A DNA stretch of 64,000 nucleotides, taken from the IMG/VR virus record IMGVR_UViG_3300038466_000014; one strand, 5' to 3'. The position numbers and the translations under genes were made by a program. Origin of the DNA: a virus. Positions 59,179 through 64,000 of the stretch are shown one piece after another. Every line of letters starts with the position of its first letter. Position 1 is the first letter of the stretch. The notes under the pieces are model-generated. The model did not search any database. It was not told where the DNA came from and saw only the letters and a list, made by a program, of their open reading frames with translations.

Positions 59179-61152
59179 ATGGCTGAAAAAAACGAATCTA
59201 TTTATAAAGATATGTTAGGCAAATTAAAAACAAATGTATTTAAAGTATCATCGGATAAAACAATAGATAAGATAGATATGGCAATTGAGAAGATTTCTGG
59301 TTCGATTATTGATAAAAATACCGTGAATTATGCGGAAACGATGCGGACAAAATTTTCAGATACTCTAAGCCAACATTTAAAAGACAATCCTTTATCAAAA
59401 GAATTTCTACACTCGTTTGTCAATGTGGACAGACATGTTAGATACTCAAACGCGGAGGAGATGGTTGATTGTATTCCGTATTGTAATGCGGCTCTTAAAG
59501 TGTTATCCTCCGAAATTGTTGCTCCAGATGATATAACGCGAGAAACCCTCAATATAATACAAGAAGAGAATCATTCCGATGTATCTAAAACTGAAGTAAC
59601 TAATATAAAAAGGATTCTGCGTATTCTTGGTATAGAGGATCATTTAACAGATTTAATATCCGAGACAATAAAATTTGGAGATCAGTTTGTTGAAGTGTGT
59701 GATTACACATCTGAAGATATTCCTATCTCTCAAATAGCACTAAACGAATCGTATTCTTCTTTTATGAACGAAGATGTGGAATTGGAATATTCAGTTCTAA
59801 AAGAGGGTTCGTTGGATAACATTAGAAATGCAAATGACGCATTTTCAGATAGGAAGATTAATATTCGTCCGGTTGTGGTAGAATCTTCAGGAAAAGATAA
59901 GAAAATAGATATAAACAATATACGGTTAATATTTCATGATCCGAGATACGTTATAAAAATACAATCGCAAAGATATAGAATGTGTCTTGGTTATTTAATA
60001 CTTCCCCGCTCTTCTGTGCTCGGCAGTTCAGGATTTGGAGATCCGTCCCATTCTTATTTAAAATCATTGGTCTATGGGGCCACTAATTATAAAGATATGC
60101 TCGGAATAGACAGATTATATTCACAAGTTGTAGGTATTATAAAGAAACATCTCAATAACGATGAAATATCAGTAGATAAAAAAGAAGTTATGGATATGAT
60201 GAAGAGATGTATTAGAGAATTCGATACTGAAAAACTTAGCGAGTTTAAAGTCCGATATGTACCTTCGAGCAGGATGGAACATTTTATGATGTCCAGCCGT
60301 AGATTTTTTCCCTATGGAGAAGGACTGTTTTATAAGTCGACATTTACAGCTAAACAATATATTGCTATGCAGACGGCGAGAACTATAAAGACTATTACGG
60401 ATTCCACAGACACAAGAATTTTTTACGTGGAAAACGGAACTCCAAGAGATGTTCGAAATACCATAGAAGAACTCAAAGAGTTCAGAACGAAGAAGAAAGT
60501 AACCCTGGATTCGATGGGTTCTTTAAGCTCTATACCAGGAATGATAACTTCTTATGAGGATTTATATGTCCCTCAGATTAATGGTAAGCGATTTGTTGAA
60601 TTTGATACACTGCCACCAGCCATTCAGCTTAAAGATGCGTCGGAAGAGCTTAAAGGTCTTAGAGATACAATTGTATCTTCATTGGGAGTTCCTCCAAGTT
60701 ATATCAACATCGAAGAGAATTTGAGCAACAAGGCGGCCCTGTCGTTTGAATCTATTTTATTCGCAAGAACAGTAATTAACTATCAGCAGCGTATGGGAAA
60801 ATATATTCGATCCCTTATCGATAAAATATATAAGATGATATATGATGAGCAGATGTCTTTGGGCACTGATATTAAATTTTATCCTCCTAAAATGCTGCAA
60901 ATAGAAAGGGACGCCGAATATATCAGAAACGTAGCTGATATTATAGGTTCTCTTGAGAATATCGGTGTGGATAGAAATTACCTCAAAGAAAAATATTTAC
61001 CTATAGATTTGAGACAGCATGAAGAAAAAGAGACGTTTACAAAATTAGATAAGAAACTCGAAAATCGTCCGGATAGTCTGAACACATATACTCCGGCTGG
61101 TGGTGGATTTGGCGGAGATACTTTTACGGGAGAACCTCCACAAAGTCTATAG
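59179..61152 (+). CDS. Portal protein (T4 gp20-like)
   Basis: RIFYVENG, EDLYVP..G..FDTLP, LGVPPSYI and E.ILFARTV..YQ. Confidence 0.85.
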   Translation: MAEKNESIYKDMLGKLKTNVFKVSSDKTIDKIDMAIEKISGSIIDKNTVNYAETMRTKFSDTLSQHLKDNPLSKEFLHSFVNVDRHVRYSNAEEMVDCIPYCNAALKVLSSEIVAPDDITRETLNIIQEENHSDVSKTEVTNIKRILRILGIEDHLTDLISETIKFGDQFVEVCDYTSEDIPISQIALNESYSSFMNEDVELEYSVLKEGSLDNIRNANDAFSDRKINIRPVVVESSGKDKKIDINNIRLIFHDPRYVIKIQSQRYRMCLGYLILPRSSVLGSSGFGDPSHSYLKSLVYGATNYKDMLGIDRLYSQVVGIIKKHLNNDEISVDKKEVMDMMKRCIREFDTEKLSEFKVRYVPSSRMEHFMMSSRRFFPYGEGLFYKSTFTAKQYIAMQTARTIKTITDSTDTRIFYVENGTPRDVRNTIEELKEFRTKKKVTLDSMGSLSSIPGMITSYEDLYVPQINGKRFVEFDTLPPAIQLKDASEELKGLRDTIVSSLGVPPSYINIEENLSNKAALSFESILFARTVINYQQRMGKYIRSLIDKIYKMIYDEQMSLGTDIKFYPPKMLQIERDAEYIRNVADIIGSLENIGVDRNYLKEKYLPIDLRQHEEKETFTKLDKKLENRPDSLNTYTPAGGGFGGDTFTGEPPQSL

Positions 61153-61182
61153 ATTATATTATAAAGGAAAGGATAAATTCCA

Positions 61183-61744
61183 TATGAAACAATCCATATA
61201 CTTGAAAAAAGGAAAATTTTTAGTGGAGCAGGAACCTCCACCACAAATTGTTCCGAATATCAAACAAAAAACACAAGCTACCAATCAACTAAGTACCAAT
61301 CAACCCCAAACACAATATGTTCAGCCATATCCTCCACCTCCAGAAGTACCGGCACAAACAGATATTTATTCACCACAAGCGGAATATATACCGTATGATC
61401 CAAATGCACAACCTCCGGAGGAGATTTTAGATCCTCTTGCCGCATCAAATCATAGTATGGTTAGAAGGAAGATTGGTACTGTACAAGAGTTGAAAAACAT
61501 TTATTCGAGATTGCTTACATTGGATGACTTGGTAGATAATTATTCACACGAGACTTTTTTGGAAATCAAGAAAACACTAACGGATGCGCTGGATTTATTT
61601 CATGTCATAGTGATAAATTATGAAAATTTAACGGATGTGGTAGATAACATTATATTGGATTATTACGACTTTTTACTAAAGATATCCGAAAGCACTATGG
61701 ATGCCGTTGACCAGATACATAGAGAATTAAATAAAAAGAAATAG
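61183..61744 (+). CDS. Hypothetical head-region protein (P/Q-rich N-terminus)
   Basis: Lies between portal and protease. Likely start MKQ at 61183; frame is open from 61100. Confidence 0.6.
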
Positions 61745-61777
61745 ATAAGTATTAGTTAAATACGAAAGGTATATGTT

Positions 61778-62533
61778 ATGTATATAATGAGTGAGTCTCC
61801 TGTATTAGGCACGCCTGTAATACAGAAAAAGACAAAGGATAAAATTAGGTGTGAAGCTGTTTTACAGACTGCTGGTGATGTGAATAGAAATAAACGGAGA
61901 TATTCTAAAACACTTATAGAAGATGGTATTTCAAAGGTTCGTGATAGACTAAAAGAAGGAAGTTTTTTAGGGGAACTTGATCACCCTATATCTGACAATC
62001 CTGTAAGGCAGATGACGGTATTATATAAAGAAGCTTCTCATAGAATTTTAGAGATGGGATGGGATGGGAATAAGCTTATAGGAGTAGTCGAATCTCTAAA
62101 AACCCCAAACGGTCAGATATTTAAAAATCTCGCGGAGGAAGGTATACCCGTAGGGTTCTCCTTCAGAGGTATCGGAGATCTAAAATCGAGAATAGAGAAT
62201 GGAGTAAAGATTAACGAGGTGGTAGGACCGCTACACGTTACTTCGTGGGATGCGGTATCGGTTCCTTCCCATATGGAAGCGAAGATGATTCGGATTACAG
62301 AAGGTGACATACAGGCGATTCAGGAATCTGCATGTATGATGAGAAATAAAACATCCAGATCGAAAATCGCACAATTACAAGAAGCATATAATCTAATACA
62401 CGATTCTGACGGTATTGTCGAATGCGGCGGTATGATTTGTACCAATGAAGGAATATGCTACCTTCCAAACGATTTCGATAAGCTCGTTGAAAATCATATT
62501 ATAGGATTGATAAAAAAATTTAATAAAAAATAA
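61778..62533 (+). CDS. Prohead core protease (T4 gp21-like)
   Basis: NRNKRRY, GELDHP, GFSFRGIG and WDAVSVPS. Confidence 0.9.
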   Translation: MYIMSESPVLGTPVIQKKTKDKIRCEAVLQTAGDVNRNKRRYSKTLIEDGISKVRDRLKEGSFLGELDHPISDNPVRQMTVLYKEASHRILEMGWDGNKLIGVVESLKTPNGQIFKNLAEEGIPVGFSFRGIGDLKSRIENGVKINEVVGPLHVTSWDAVSVPSHMEAKMIRITEGDIQAIQESACMMRNKTSRSKIAQLQEAYNLIHDSDGIVECGGMICTNEGICYLPNDFDKLVENHIIGLIKKFNKK

Positions 62534-62544
62534 GTTTTTGGTTT

Positions 62545-62585
62545 AATTCCCCCCATAGCAATACAGCCTATGGGGGGAATTTTTT
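62545..62585 (+). terminator. Rho-independent terminator
   Basis: AATTCCCCCCATAG/CTATGGGGGGAATT plus T-run. Confidence 0.8.
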
Positions 62586-63525
62586 AGTTAATTGTAGTAT
62601 ATACATATGGCCCGATAACACACGACGAAAAGTTAGGTATTGCATCGATAACTATACACTTATTCTTTATCATCAATATTTTCGGGGGGACTAAAACTCC
62701 ACTTCTAATATTAAATAAATTACATGGATACGTATCGAATACGTTTATCCCTATAATTTTACATGCTTTGTAGGTTTTGGTCTACTAACATATTTATTAT
62801 ATATTAGATCTTGACATTTGGTAATATTCTTAAACGATATATATTTTTTCTTCGATAGTAAAGTAAATATTTTCATTTTGTAAAATTGGCATTATTATAT
62901 TTACCCAACAACCAAAACCCGTACCCTTCCCCTCCATAGACTCAAATTCAAGATATTTGTAATACCAGCCCCTAAAAGACGGAGTAATAAACATATTGGA
63001 TTGTATACGAAACGTGGTACTTGTATAATCAGTAAAATATTTTTAGATTCTTAATAAGACAATAAATAAATATTTGATTTTAAATCGGTGTGTGGTTATA
63101 TATTATATTTTTTATGTTGGAATTTTTCTTGAACTCTGAATATGTCTCTTTATACAATGTATGAAAATTTTTCATTTTTTAAGCCATTTCTTACTATATG
63201 TTATTCTTTCGTTATTAACTTCGGTATTAAAAATATCCTGTTGGATAATCACCTATTAAATATAATGCAAGGTAAATATTTGTTATTAGCAATTCGAAGG
63301 TTTTCGGTTCTATAGTATTTATTCGCGGTATATGTATAAAAATAGGAATCGTAAATATGTTATGATCAATAATAAATAATGTAGTTATGAATAGTGGTTG
63401 TGGTAATTCTATAAAGTGCTCATTTAGTGTTAAAAATCCTGTTCGTTTATCATATAAGATCCTCCTCCGATCAGTATTATCTTTAAATATTTTATATTGT
63501 TTTTTATTTAACTTAGACTATAATT

Positions 63526-63831
63526 TCATTTGAGTATTCGACTTTGTAATAGAAATTTTTTAGGATATGAACAATGGATATCAAATGAGTTATTTTGCCA
63601 TATAACCACATTAAATAATTTTTTATCTCTTGAATTGTCTGGATATAATTTTTTTAATATTAATATATTATATTTGAATTGAAACTGATCGCTTAAACAT
63701 CCGATTAGTAATTCATTACCATTGGTATCTATATACAAATATTTAAACTTATGATAAATAATAGTGTCTATACGAGACCCGTCGATAAATTCCAGATATT
63801 CTACATGACTGATAGGGGTGTGTTTTTTCAT
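63526..63831 (-). CDS. Hypothetical protein
   Basis: 101 aa. Confidence 0.5.
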   Translation of the reverse strand: MKKHTPISHVEYLEFIDGSRIDTIIYHKFKYLYIDTNGNELLIGCLSDQFQFKYNILILKKLYPDNSRDKKLFNVVIWQNNSFDIHCSYPKKFLLQSRILK

Positions 63832-64000
63832 GGTATTTGTTTATTATAGTCGATAAGGAATTTCATATCAATCCTGTCAGCGATAAGAAACCAATTTTTA
63901 TATATAAAATAACAAATATATACTTTCTGTTTAAATACAAAAGTGTTTTGAATTTTAGTTAGTATAACCATTCCATTTTTACATCCGAAACAAATATCAG

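Noticed and set aside
1-64000. Stop-codon reassignment (TAG or TGA), prompted by in-frame TAGs at 26054 and near 63520
   Set aside because: Long core genes are unbroken under the standard code and several end properly in TAG. The disruptions include TAA stops and frameshifts.

Overview
AT-rich segment of a large (probably jumbo) T4-related bacteriophage genome, read with the standard genetic code. 1-12.7 kb holds a phosphoesterase, a two-gene family B DNA polymerase, an IS605-family element, a histone-like protein, a divergent glycosyltransferase cluster and SSB. 12.7-41.2 kb is a minus-strand accessory region of small ORFs, several frameshifted. It includes an MTase, QueC-like pseudogene, ankyrin protein, macro domain, nucleotidyltransferase, phosphatase and degenerate PyrE. 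41.4-62.5 kb is a plus-strand core block: SF2-like helicase plus a repeat-rich candidate origin, clamp loader, primase, DnaB-like helicase, portal and prohead protease. Standout observation: an IS605/TnpB element (5050-6484) and a 147-bp miniature copy (19365-19511) both appear to have inserted into ATG-AA sites. The right end of each supplies a new in-frame ATG, overlapped by an element-encoded stop, so the interrupted gene can still be translated. The full element sits on the C-terminal polymerase gene, its TnpB appears to lack RuvC-II, and its left flank no longer holds an ATG. The polymerase is also unusual: UDG-fused, split after motif C, with the C-terminal gene first. Two conserved intergenic motifs (7 copies each) look like two promoter classes. 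All product calls come from motif recognition, not database searches.
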